This document shows, in pieces, positions 9,071 to 17,692 of a stretch of DNA of 64,000 bases. Source of the stretch: a virus. Lineage: Duplodnaviria; Caudoviricetes. Location: positions 1 through 64,000 of the IMG/VR virus record IMGVR_UViG_2675903061_000001. One strand, 5' to 3'. The notes beneath the pieces were generated by a model that was not told the DNA's origin, searched no databases, and worked only from the letters and a program-made list of their open reading frames with translations. The position numbers and the translations under genes were made by a program. How positions within the stretch are numbered: position 1 is the first letter of the stretch; every line of letters starts with the position of its first letter.

Positions 9071-9888
9071 CTACCGCCCGGCGAGCACGGCGCGACGGAC
9101 CCGCCGGCCGTAGGAGTCCGAGGCGCCCAGGCGCGCACCGATGGCGGTTCCGGTCAGTTCCGGCTCCTCGGCGAGCCAGTTCCGGGCGCGCTCGACGTGG
9201 GCGCGGAAGCGGGTGTTCTCGCTCGGCTCGGACTCGATATCGGCGGCCCCGGAACCCGGCGCGGTTCCGCCGGTTCCGGACGTGGTTCCGGACGCGGTTC
9301 CGCCGGTTCCGGACGTGGTTCCGCACCGGTTCCGGCCGGAACCGGCGGGCGGGAAACGGCCTGGCCGAGGGCGGTTCCGCCGAAGGCCGGAGGCAGTTCC
9401 GGCAGGGGCGAGAACTCGCCCAGCACCGGCGCCTGGGCGCGCTCCAGCCGCACCGCCGGAGCCCCGGCCGGGGGCACCACCGGCAGCAGCCGCGCACCGG
9501 GCGGAACCACCGGAACCGCCACGGGTTCCGCCGGTTCCGACACCGGCCGCCCGCCGGTTCCGGCCGGAACCTCCCGCAGGGCGTGGACCCGCCACAGCAC
9601 CAGCGGAGCGATCGCCGAGACGGCAGTCACCAGGTGCCAGGTGACCGGGATCAGCCCGGCCGCCACCAGGTGCGCCGCCGCGTTCACGCCGATCATCGCC
9701 AGCACCACCGCGAACACATCCCGGTGGGCGCGCAGCGCGCGGACGGCGTAGATGTCCAGCGCCGCCGGCACCCCGGCCGCCACGATGGGACCGAACCCGC
9801 ACGCACGGGCGAGCTGGTACTCCGCCGACGCCGTCACCACGATCGCCGCACCGAGAGCGGCCCAGCCCAGCCAGTCACGGCCCTTCAC
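9071..9888 (-). pseudogene. DUF2637/Spd-like membrane protein with C-terminal HTH, frameshifted near 9250
   Basis: TM N-terminus (TASAEYQLARACGF...) in one frame; HTH-like tail (ARNWLAEEPELTGTAIGARLGASDSYGRRV) in another. Confidence 0.65.
9250..9575. repeat. Array of GGTTCCG/CGGAACC motifs in both orientations inside the Spd-like gene
   Basis: >12 copies; includes a ~33-bp tandem duplication at ~9260-9323. Confidence 0.8.
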
Positions 9889-10232
9889 CGCTCCTCCCCG
9901 GCCTGCTGGTCGAACAGGTAGCTGCCGTGGTGGATGCAGACGGGCACGCCGTCCACTTCCGTCTCGGCGGTCAGGCTCCGGTACGGCAGCCGGCCGTCGG
10001 TGACGGACTCCTCCACCGCGGCGCCGAGGAGCGCCGCCCAGGCGTGCACGTTGTCGTCGTCGGCGGCGTGGATGTCCAGCACGGTGCAATTGCGGACGGC
10101 GTCCCGGAAGGGCCCCATCGCGTAGACGGGCATGTCGGGGTGTTCGGCGATCAGGCGCCGGGCGAGGGTGCCGATGCGGAACAGCTCCACCTCGGCGGCC
10201 AGCAGGCCGGCCAGCGGGTCGCGCTCGCTCAT
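9885..10232 (-). CDS. Hypothetical protein
   Basis: 115 aa, coupled to neighbours. Confidence 0.65.
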   Translation of the reverse strand: MSERDPLAGLLAAEVELFRIGTLARRLIAEHPDMPVYAMGPFRDAVRNCTVLDIHAADDDNVHAWAALLGAAVEESVTDGRLPYRSLTAETEVDGVPVCIHHGSYLFDQQAGEER

Positions 10233-10495
10233 CGGCCCTCACCGACCCAGACGGAGGGCGGCAGCTCCAGGGCGGCCCGCAGCGCGGCCGTGGCGTCCTG
10301 GTCCCGGCCCCCGGGCCCGGTGGTCAGCCGGACGTCGCACAGCTCGGCGAACAGCCGGGCGGCGTGCGGCACGCACCCGTCCACCTCGGTGCCTCCGGCG
10401 TCCACCACCGTCACGGCGTCCGGGACGCCCAGGCACGGGGTGGGGTCACTCTCGTGCGCTGCCGAGCAGCGCTCGGGCATGGCAAGATCAGCCAT
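10229..10495 (-). CDS. Hypothetical protein, first gene of Spd-like operon
   Basis: RBS AAGGAG; CSAAHESDPTPC motif. Confidence 0.65.
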   Translation of the reverse strand: MADLAMPERCSAAHESDPTPCLGVPDAVTVVDAGGTEVDGCVPHAARLFAELCDVRLTTGPGGRDQDATAALRAALELPPSVWVGEGR

Positions 10496-10600
10496 AGCCG
10501 TCTCTCCTTGCTGTGATCAGGGAGGTTCGGTCAGGCCCCGGCCGGTGGTGAGGTCACCGAGCCGGGGCCGTCGCGCGTCCGGCGCCGTGAGGTGGCGCCG

Positions 10601-10649
10601 GGTGGCACTCCACCACAGTAGCGCGCTGCCTAGACGGTGGCAATCCACC
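10601..10649. promoter_or_regulatory. Two GGTGG-N4-CCACC operators between divergent genes
   Basis: ggtggcactccacc 10601-10614 and ggtggcaatccacc 10636-10649. Confidence 0.65.
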
Positions 10650-10665
10650 ATGCGAAGATGGCCGC

Positions 10666-10872
10666 ATGCCCCACGGAGTCCACAGGAAGCAGGCGCGGAC
10701 CTACCGCCCCGACTCGCCCGAGCTGTACGAGCGAGCCAAGGAGGCGGCGGCGGCCGTGGGCTCGGACATGAACAGCCATCTGAACGCGTTCCTGCGGTGG
10801 CTCACGCGCGAGACGGACGAGCTTCCGCCCCGGCCGCCGGCACCCGGCGCGGGGGAGAGTCCCGAATCATGA
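10666..10872 (+). CDS. Ribbon-helix-helix-like repressor
   Basis: 68 aa, RTYRPDSPELYERAKEAAAAVGSDMNSHLNAFLRW; divergent from Spd operon. Confidence 0.65.
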   Translation: MPHGVHRKQARTYRPDSPELYERAKEAAAAVGSDMNSHLNAFLRWLTRETDELPPRPPAPGAGESPES

Positions 10873-10936
10873 TCGTTTGCACTTCGAGTGAGCATCGAGT
10901 GAGCTAACGATCTTCGACACCCCTCAGGGACCACGA

Positions 10937-10969
10937 AAGCCCCGGCTCAGATTCACTGAGCTGGGGCTT
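10937..10969 (-). terminator. Hairpin downstream of tRNA 3' end
   Basis: AAGCCCC.GCTCAG attca CTGAGC.GGGGCTT. Confidence 0.7.
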
Positions 10970-10972
10970 AGC

Positions 10973-11019
10973 GGTAGGCCGTGTGGGACTCGAACCCACA
11001 ACCAACGGATTAAAAGTCC
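10973..11019 (-). other. att site: 3' half of tRNA-Lys(UUU)
   Basis: Reverse complement GGACTTTTAATCCGTTGGTTGTGGGTTCGAGTCCCACACGGCCTACC (anticodon arm, T-arm, acceptor); no D-arm upstream; integrase points at it. Confidence 0.9.
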
Positions 11020-11045
11020 TCACCACCCCGAGAAGGGTGCGTATT

Positions 11046-11190
11046 GCTCAGTGTGGGTGAGTGTGGGGGCAGGTGGAACAAGCTGGTCACGGCGCATGAG
11101 CCGGTACGTGCCGTCACCACGGTACCCGGACGCGTATGGCTCAGTGTGGGTGAGTGTGGGGGCGTTCGGCCGAGCATTGGCCGAGCAAAA
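11046..11190. repeat. att-arm repeats
   Basis: GCTCAGTGTGGGTGAGTGTGGGGGC at 11046-11070 and 11139-11163; GGCCGAGCA x2 at ~11168-11187. Confidence 0.8.
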
Positions 11191-11220
11191 GGGCCCCACC
11201 ACCTGCGGTGATGGGGCCCT
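11190..11220 (-). terminator. Hairpin terminator after integrase
   Basis: AGGGCCCCA ... TGGGGCCCT with T-run on minus strand. Confidence 0.65.
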
Positions 11221-11241
11221 CCGGCTGCACTCCAGTGTAGA

Positions 11242-12813
11242 TCAGGCAGCCTCTTCCGGCGCTGCCGGCGGCTGGCCCGGCGGCGACGTCCCGGACCGCG
11301 GCACCACCGCCGCGGCCCTCTCGGTCAGCTCCTCCTCGTACTCGGCGAACAACTCCGTATAGGTGTCGGCGGTCAGGGTGACGCTGCTGTGCCGGAGCTT
11401 CTTCTGCGCGTCATGGATGTCCCCGCCGCCGGCCTTGACCAAGGACGCCGCCCCGTGCCGCAGATCCCGCAGGCTGATCGGCGGCAGCCCGGCCCGCCGC
11501 GTCACCCGCCGATGCGCGTCGCTCAGCTCCTCCGGGTGGATCGGCTGTCCGTCCGGCCGTGTGAGCACCTTGCCGGAGTCCGTCCAGCCCGGCGTCTCCT
11601 CCTGCTCCGCCAGCTGCCGCTTGCGGTGCTCCCGGTAGGCGGCCACGGTGCCCGCGTCGATCGCGATCTCCGCCCGGCTGTCCTCCGTCTTGGGGTCGTC
11701 GTCGTAGGGCTCCCAGCCGTCCACGGTGCGCGCCGTCGTGACCGCGATCCGGCGCCGGGACAGGTGGACGTCCGCCCATGCCTGGCCGCACATTTCTCCG
11801 CGGCGTGGCCCGTGGTAGGCCATGACGTGCAGCCCCAGGTACAGCCGCTCCTCCTGGGCGGCGTCGAGGTAGGCGCCGAGCTGCTGGGGCGTCCAGACCA
11901 TGACCGGGCTGGGCACCTCGCCCGTCTCCCGCCAGTGGGCCACCCGCTCGTCGGTCCACAGCAGCCCCTTCGGGCGCCGGTGCGTAGCCAGCTCGACATG
12001 CCGCGCGGGGTTATGCGTCATGCCGGTCTCCTGCTGCCTGGCCACGCCCCAGTTGAGCGCTGCCCGCAGGGTGCGCAGAATCGCCTGCTTCGTGCCGGGC
12101 CCGGTGGTCTTCCGGTACGGCGGCATCTCCGCCAGCTTCGCCCGCTCCTCCGCCAGCCGCTTGCGCTCCTTGTCCGGCGGCCGGCCCGGCTTCCCCCACC
12201 GGGCCCGCTCCTCCTGCGCCCTGCGCTCCTCGTTCTCCGCCTGGATAATCTCGTTGTGGTCGTCGATGTCGTCGAACAGCTTCTGGCAGGCCGCGACGGA
12301 CAGCCGGTCCGCGCGGTAGTCGCCGAGGGCCGGTTTCAGGTGCAGGCGGATGTGGCCTTCGTAGCCGCGGAGCGTGGTGCGCCGCCGGTCGGCGCGCCGC
12401 TTGGCCGCCACGAAGGCGTCCAGCAGCTCGGCGACGGTCCAATGGCTGTCCAGGGCCGCGCCGCCCAGGCGTGCCCGCACCTCCTCCGGCGTGGGTATCG
12501 GGTCCCGGGCCGGCATCAGGCCCATGAGGAGGTCGCCGACCCGGCGCCGGGTGGCGTCGTCGTCTTTCTTGACGAGCTCCAGGAGCGCCCGGACCTTGCC
12601 GAGGTCCGTCTCGGCGTCGTCCTTCGTGGCGTAGCCGGTGCGCCGCCACCGGCGGCGCTTTCCCTCGGCGTCCTCCGGGAGTTCCTGGTGTATCTCGAAC
12701 CGCGCGTGACCCCGGCGGGACAGCTTCGGGCACTTCGTGCCGAGGCGTTTTCCGTCCGGGCCGCGGCACTCGCATCGCCTGTTGACGCCGCCGCCGCGGC
12801 GTGATCCGGGCAT
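11242..12813 (-). CDS. int: Prophage tyrosine integrase
   Basis: GPRRGE, LRDLRH, LRHSSVTLTADTY; same family as the 1993-3537 integrase; start chosen at ATG 12813. Confidence 0.95.
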   Translation of the reverse strand: MPGSRRGGGVNRRCECRGPDGKRLGTKCPKLSRRGHARFEIHQELPEDAEGKRRRWRRTGYATKDDAETDLGKVRALLELVKKDDDATRRRVGDLLMGLMPARDPIPTPEEVRARLGGAALDSHWTVAELLDAFVAAKRRADRRRTTLRGYEGHIRLHLKPALGDYRADRLSVAACQKLFDDIDDHNEIIQAENEERRAQEERARWGKPGRPPDKERKRLAEERAKLAEMPPYRKTTGPGTKQAILRTLRAALNWGVARQQETGMTHNPARHVELATHRRPKGLLWTDERVAHWRETGEVPSPVMVWTPQQLGAYLDAAQEERLYLGLHVMAYHGPRRGEMCGQAWADVHLSRRRIAVTTARTVDGWEPYDDDPKTEDSRAEIAIDAGTVAAYREHRKRQLAEQEETPGWTDSGKVLTRPDGQPIHPEELSDAHRRVTRRAGLPPISLRDLRHGAASLVKAGGGDIHDAQKKLRHSSVTLTADTYTELFAEYEEELTERAAAVVPRSGTSPPGQPPAAPEEAA

Positions 12814-12814
12814 T

Positions 12815-13033
12815 TCAGTTGATCTCCTCTCGCATGCTCCAGTGGCCTTCGGGGCCGGTCTGGAGGTCCGCAATACGGTTGAGGGCGTCGGCCAGGGCTT
12901 CGGTCATGTGATCGGGTCGCACGGCGAGGACGAGGCCGTCATCGGTGGTGATAGCAACGACGAGAACCCCTGGCGGGAGGTCGCTGCGGAAAGTGAACCG
13001 GCACGTGGCTCTGTAGCTGCTCTTTGTCGACAC
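12815..13033 (-). CDS. Small hypothetical protein upstream of integrase
   Basis: 72 aa; RBS GGAGG; abuts int. Confidence 0.6.
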   Translation of the reverse strand: MSTKSSYRATCRFTFRSDLPPGVLVVAITTDDGLVLAVRPDHMTEALADALNRIADLQTGPEGHWSMREEIN

Positions 13034-13130
13034 GCCTGCCTCCCTCGGGCGCGCTGCGGCTGTGCAGGGTGAGCCGCAGCACGGGTGTGCTGTTGAGGCG
13101 CCCCCCCAGGCGGATCAGACATATTGCCGC

Positions 13131-13146
13131 TGTGACACGTGTCACA
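13131..13146. promoter_or_regulatory. Perfect 16-bp palindrome upstream of int operon
   Basis: TGTGACACGTGTCACA. Confidence 0.55.
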
Positions 13147-13184
13147 CAAGAGGTTTGTCCGAACCTTACGCTCCGTGCGCTCTG

Positions 13185-13622
13185 TCAGCCCTCGTCGCTT
13201 TCGTCGCCCTCGCGCGGTCTCGGTGCCAACAGTCGCGCGAGCCGCAGGACTTGCTCTAGCGCTTCGTCGTCCAGCCGCTCCAGGTCCGGGACGATGATGC
13301 GTACTCGCTGTTGCGGCTCCCATAGAGAGGTCACCCCGTAGAACTGTGCGGCCGTAGCCGTCCGCAGCTCCTCCATGTCGAGTTCCAGCGCAACGCTCAG
13401 TCCGCGCAGCCGCCACAGCTCTGGCGGAGGGGTGCGGCCGTGCTCCAGGTCGTGCACCCAGCTCGACTTGACCCGGCGGCCAGTCTTGGGGTCGATCGCC
13501 AGCTCTTCCAGCTTGGCGAGGGATAGACCAAGGGCGCGTCGTCGTGCGCGCACGAGATCGGAGAGATCCCGGCGGTCTGTGCGCGCGGCCGGCGTGCCGT
13601 CCCGGTCGGTCATGAGGTTCAT
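13185..13622 (-). CDS. Prophage immunity repressor (XRE)
   Basis: LSDLVRARRRALGLSLAKL...SWVHDLEHGR; divergent from Cro-like gene. Confidence 0.8.
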   Translation of the reverse strand: MNLMTDRDGTPAARTDRRDLSDLVRARRRALGLSLAKLEELAIDPKTGRRVKSSWVHDLEHGRTPPPELWRLRGLSVALELDMEELRTATAAQFYGVTSLWEPQQRVRIIVPDLERLDDEALEQVLRLARLLAPRPREGDESDEG

Positions 13623-13711
13623 CCTGCCACTCCGTGGGCGTGGGGTGTCCATGGGGCGGGGGTGAGATGGGGTGCGTCCCCGCAGGTCGCGCGCATCCGC
13701 CTTTGCATGCG

Positions 13712-13860
13712 CTGGACAGAGTGTCCAGGAATTAGGACGGCCTAACAAGGGCGCACGGGCGCACGGGGGGCGACCGGCATAACTCCCCCATGGGATCCAT
13801 CCGAACTTCTGGACAGAGCGTCCGGGATTTGCCATGCTTCTACTGTCCGGATTTTCGGAT
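13712..13860. promoter_or_regulatory. Lysis/lysogeny switch operators
   Basis: CTGGACAgagTGTCCAG 13712-13728; CTGGACagagcGTCCGG 13809-13825; related TGTCCGG site at ~13844. Confidence 0.7.
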
Positions 13861-13893
13861 GACTCATCGCTTCAACCGGATGCCGAGGTTCCC

Positions 13894-14187
13894 GTGAGCA
13901 CACCCACACCCAGATACCGGCTGGTCAGCCCGGACCGGCTGCGGATGCTGATGGAGCGCACCGCCACCGGCGGCCCCATGAGCGTCCGGCAGCTCGCCGA
14001 CGCGGCCGGCGTGCAGAAGAGCACGATCGACGGCCTCCTGCACCAGCGACAGGAGACGGTCAGCGCTGACCGGGCGCATGCGATCGCCGAGGCGATCGGC
14101 GTGGATCTCCTCGTCGTCTGGCAGCCGGTCGGCCGGGTCACGGGGGATGCGCGGATCGCCTCGGCGCCGAGCGAGGTCCCGGCGTGA
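13894..14187 (+). CDS. Cro-like HTH protein
   Basis: MSVRQLADAAGVQKSTIDGLL. Confidence 0.8.
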   Translation: MSTPTPRYRLVSPDRLRMLMERTATGGPMSVRQLADAAGVQKSTIDGLLHQRQETVSADRAHAIAEAIGVDLLVVWQPVGRVTGDARIASAPSEVPA

Positions 14188-14447
14188 ACCGGCCGGAGAT
14201 GACCGTCGGCGAGCTGCTGGCGCTGCCCGCGATGGTCGAGGTCTGGCCGACCGTCGGCCGGATCTACGGCATCTCCCGCTGGCAGACGTACTACCTCGCC
14301 CGCACGGACGGCCTGCCCGTGCCGGTGCACCGGGTCGGCGAGCGGACCCTGCGCGTGCGCACCGCCGACCTGGTCGCGGATCTGGGGCTGGACTCGCTGG
14401 CCGCCATCAAGGCCGCAGCCGAGCCGGACGCGGCCGACGCCGCCTGA
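14184..14447 (+). CDS. Excisionase-like protein
   Basis: ELLALPAMV...ISRWQTYYLA; similar to 972-1202. Confidence 0.7.
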   Translation: MNRPEMTVGELLALPAMVEVWPTVGRIYGISRWQTYYLARTDGLPVPVHRVGERTLRVRTADLVADLGLDSLAAIKAAAEPDAADAA

Positions 14448-14535
14448 CACATGCAGATGGGCCCGCCGTGCGAGGGCGGGCCCGGGGTGACCCCACCCCA
14501 CTCCACCAACCAGGAAGAGAGAGAGGTAAGGCCAG

Positions 14536-14970
14536 ATGGCTGAGCTTACCCAGAAGACTCCGCCGGGGGACCGCCCGGCGCCGGACATGCAGGGCCTGCT
14601 CGGCGTGCTGGGCTGCGCGCTGGACATGACGGCCGGCATCCCGGAGGTGCAGGACCCGGACCGGGCGGCCTGGTCGATCGGCTATCGGCCGGTCGCCGGG
14701 ATCTGCGTGGAGGTGACCTTGCATGACCCGGTGTCTGTGGAGCTGCTGGAGCGGATCGCCGCCGCGCTGGGCGGTGGCGAGGTCCGGGACACGGGCACCG
14801 TGTCCGGCGCCGTGCGGCTGCACGAGGTGGCGGGGCGGCTGGGTGACATCCCGGTGCGGGTGTCCGGCTGGGTGCCGCTGCCGAGCGAGCGTGAGGCGCT
14901 GCTGGCGCGGCTGGCGGAGCTGGACGCGCGGGAGGCGGCCGGCGACGCCGGGGCGGGGGTGTCCCGGTGA
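14536..14970 (+). CDS. Phage hypothetical protein
   Basis: 144 aa, RBS present, coding-like codon use. Confidence 0.65.
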   Translation: MAELTQKTPPGDRPAPDMQGLLGVLGCALDMTAGIPEVQDPDRAAWSIGYRPVAGICVEVTLHDPVSVELLERIAAALGGGEVRDTGTVSGAVRLHEVAGRLGDIPVRVSGWVPLPSEREALLARLAELDAREAAGDAGAGVSR

Positions 14971-15112
14971 TGCCGTCGTGGGACGTGGTCGGGCGGAATC
15001 CGGAGGGCCGGGCGCGCCGGTCTTCGGCGGGGACGCGCCGGAAGAAGACGAAGCGGGCCCGCGCCCGCCAGCTCGTGGCCAGCACGCAGCAGCGGGGACA
15101 GGAGGTGTCCCG

Positions 15113-15607
15113 GTGAGTGAGCTGAGCGAGCGGGTGGCGGCCCGGCTGTACGGGCCCGACTGGCAGGCCCACCGGACGCTCCGGGTGGCGCACGGCGCGC
15201 TGGAGCTGGCGGAGCTGGCCGGGTTCCTGATCGACCCGGAGGAGGCGGAGCGGATCCGCGCGGAGGCGGTGCAGGACCTGCGGGACCAGCTCGCCGCCGC
15301 GCGCCGGACGGTGGAGGAGCAGCAGCGGGAGTTGTCCGCGCTGCGCCCCCCGCACCGGCCGGACGGCGACGCCGCGGTCTGGCGCCTGGAGCAGAACGAA
15401 CACCTCGTGGTCTGCCGCCGCACCCGGGCGGAGGCGCGCGCCGATGGCGAGTACCTGCTGGCCAAGGCCGGTGTCGCGCCGGGCGCGTCCGTGCGGTGGC
15501 GGCAGGTCGACGGCCGCACTGAGGTGCTGGAACACGTCATCGAGGGCGGCGACTGGGTGGAGACCGCGTGGCGGATCGTGTGCGAGGCGCCGGAGGTGCG
15601 GCCGTGA
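15113..15607 (+). CDS. Phage hypothetical protein
   Basis: AGGAGG RBS then GTG; MSELSERVAARLYG. Confidence 0.65.
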   Translation: MSELSERVAARLYGPDWQAHRTLRVAHGALELAELAGFLIDPEEAERIRAEAVQDLRDQLAAARRTVEEQQRELSALRPPHRPDGDAAVWRLEQNEHLVVCRRTRAEARADGEYLLAKAGVAPGASVRWRQVDGRTEVLEHVIEGGDWVETAWRIVCEAPEVRP

Positions 15608-15852
15608 TCCGCGAAGGGCTGGTCCCGCTGCTGGCCGGGGGCGGGGCGGCCGTCGTGCTGGCCGCCGAGGCGCTGCTGATCCCGCAGACGGACCGCATCA
15701 AGGCCGCCTGCGGCCGGGCCGCCGCCGGGGTGTCCCGGGCCGTGCGCACCGCCGTCGGCCTGCTGCTGTTCGAGGCCGCCGTGTTCCGGCTCGCCCACCC
15801 CGTCCACCGCCCGGCCGGCCCGGGCCACCACCGCCGAGGAGGCACACGATGA
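15604..15852 (+). CDS. Small membrane protein
   Basis: GTGA/ATGA coupling on both sides. Confidence 0.55.
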   Translation: MIREGLVPLLAGGGAAVVLAAEALLIPQTDRIKAACGRAAAGVSRAVRTAVGLLLFEAAVFRLAHPVHRPAGPGHHRRGGTR

Positions 15853-16730
15853 CGGACACCGCGCCGGCCGGGGCCACCACGGCCCCGGCCGCCGGGCCGG
15901 TCCAGCCCGGCCAGTACGACATCCCCGCCGAGCAGTACCACGCTGACCCGGTCCCGGGCGGCTCCCTGTCCTCCAGCGGAGCGCGCCAGTTGCTGGCGGA
16001 GTGCCCGGCGAAGTTCGCGCACGACCGGGCCCACGGCAGCACCGGCACGCGGGCCATGGAGTTCGGCACCGCCGCCCACACCGCCATCCTTGGCATCGGC
16101 CCGGACATCGTCCGCGTCGACGCCAAGGACTGGCGCACCAAGCAGGCCCAGCAGCAGCGCGACGCCGCCCGCGCCGAGGGCGCGGTGCCGCTGCTGGCCG
16201 CCGAGTACGACCGGCTGCTCGCCATGGCCGACGCGCTCCAGGCGCACCCCCGGGCAGCGGAGCTGTTCGCGCCGGGCGGGGAACCGGAGCAGACGTTCAT
16301 CTGGCAGGACGGCGAGACCGGGGTGTGGTGCCGCTCCCGGGTGGACTGGCTGCCTCCGGTGGGCGGCGGCCGGCTGACGCTCACGGACTACAAGACCACG
16401 GTCAGCGCGTCGCCGAGGGCGATCGCGGAGGCGGTCTACCGGTGCGGCTACCACCAGCAGGCCGCGTTCTACCTCGACGGCATCCGCGCGGTGCTGGGCG
16501 TGGACGCGGTGTTCGAGTTCGTGTTTCAGGAGAAGACGCCGCCCTACGTGGTGACGGTGGCGCGGCTGGACCTGGAGACGCTCCAGCTCGGCGCCGCCCG
16601 GAACCGGCGCGCCCGCCACATCTTCGCCGAGTGCCAGCGCACCGGCATCTGGCCCGACTGGGGCCCCGACACCCACTTCCTGTCCCTGCCGCCGTGGGCG
16701 GCGTTCCGCGACGCCGAGGAGTACCTGTGA
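15849..16730 (+). CDS. RecE/exonuclease VIII-like PD-(D/E)XK nuclease (DUF3799)
   Basis: YHAD..LSSSG, GTAAH, CRSRVDWL, DYKT, YHQQAAFY. Confidence 0.88.
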   Translation: MTDTAPAGATTAPAAGPVQPGQYDIPAEQYHADPVPGGSLSSSGARQLLAECPAKFAHDRAHGSTGTRAMEFGTAAHTAILGIGPDIVRVDAKDWRTKQAQQQRDAARAEGAVPLLAAEYDRLLAMADALQAHPRAAELFAPGGEPEQTFIWQDGETGVWCRSRVDWLPPVGGGRLTLTDYKTTVSASPRAIAEAVYRCGYHQQAAFYLDGIRAVLGVDAVFEFVFQEKTPPYVVTVARLDLETLQLGAARNRRARHIFAECQRTGIWPDWGPDTHFLSLPPWAAFRDAEEYL

Positions 16731-17692
16731 CCCTGCCTCCCCCCAAGCGTGCCGCCCAGCAGGCGGCCGACAGCAGCGAGTTCGACGGCGGCACCTTCAC
16801 CTTCCAGGCCGCCACGAAGGAACAGACCAAGGCCCGCGTGGCGCTGATGGGCGTCTCCGGGTCGGGCAAGACCTGGACCGGGCTGGCCGTCTGTCACGGC
16901 CTGGCCGCCGGCGGCCGGTTCGCCGTCATCGACACCGAGCGGGGCGCCGCAGCGAAGTACGTCGGCATCAACGGCATCACCTTCGACGCCTTGCAGATGC
17001 ACCGCTACGACCCGCGCGACCTGGTCAAGGCGCTGGCCGCCGCCGCCAAGGCGGGATACCCGGTGGTGATGGTCGACTCCCTGTCCCACTTCTGGAAGGG
17101 CACGGACGGCACCCTCGACCAGGTTGAGAAGGCCAAGCGGAAGTACGGCGGCAACAGCTTCGCGGGGTGGAAGGACGGCACCCCGATGCAGAACGACATG
17201 GTCGACGCCCTGCTGACCTACCCCGGGCACGTGGTCACCACGATGCGCTCCTACACCGAGTGGTCGCTGGAGAAGAACGAGCGCGGGGTGCTGGAGCCGG
17301 TGCGCAAGGGCACCCGGCCGGAGCAGCGCCGCGGTGTGGAGTACGAGTTCGACCTGGTGGCGTCGATGGACGTGGAGAACCGGCTGACGGTCATCAAGTC
17401 CCGCTGCCCGGCCCTGCACCGGCGGGTTGTCGAGACCCCGGACGGCACGGCGGTGGCGAAGGAGCTGCTGGCGTGGCTGGACGACGGGGCACCGGCGGCC
17501 GACCCGGCGGCCTACGTCGACCGGGCGACCGCGGAGGACGCCTCCTATGCCGGGCTGCTGGAGCTGTACCGGGAGGTGGAGGCGCGCGGCCTGCTGGCGA
17601 CGCCGATGCTGCACCCGGACACGGACGAGCCGACCAGCCTTGGCGAGTACGTCAAGGCCCGCGGCAGCGCCCTGAAGGTCGGTGAGCGGTGA
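16727..17692 (+). CDS. Sak4-like/AAA_24 ATPase (recombination)
   Basis: GVSGSGKT, IDTERG, VDSLSHFW, EYEFD. Confidence 0.85.
   Translation: MTLPPPKRAAQQAADSSEFDGGTFTFQAATKEQTKARVALMGVSGSGKTWTGLAVCHGLAAGGRFAVIDTERGAAAKYVGINGITFDALQMHRYDPRDLVKALAAAAKAGYPVVMVDSLSHFWKGTDGTLDQVEKAKRKYGGNSFAGWKDGTPMQNDMVDALLTYPGHVVTTMRSYTEWSLEKNERGVLEPVRKGTRPEQRRGVEYEFDLVASMDVENRLTVIKSRCPALHRRVVETPDGTAVAKELLAWLDDGAPAADPAAYVDRATAEDASYAGLLELYREVEARGLLATPMLHPDTDEPTSLGEYVKARGSALKVGER

Larger units (their letters stand above)
4174..10970. mobile_element. Right terminal segment of an older prophage (prophage A)
   Basis: Holin remnant, lysis-region gene and terminator, then accessory operons ending at a tRNA terminator and att. 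Confidence 0.65.

Noticed and set aside
10973-11045. Complete tRNA-Lys gene
   Set aside because: No D-arm or 5' acceptor strand upstream of the anticodon arm; it is an att duplicate.
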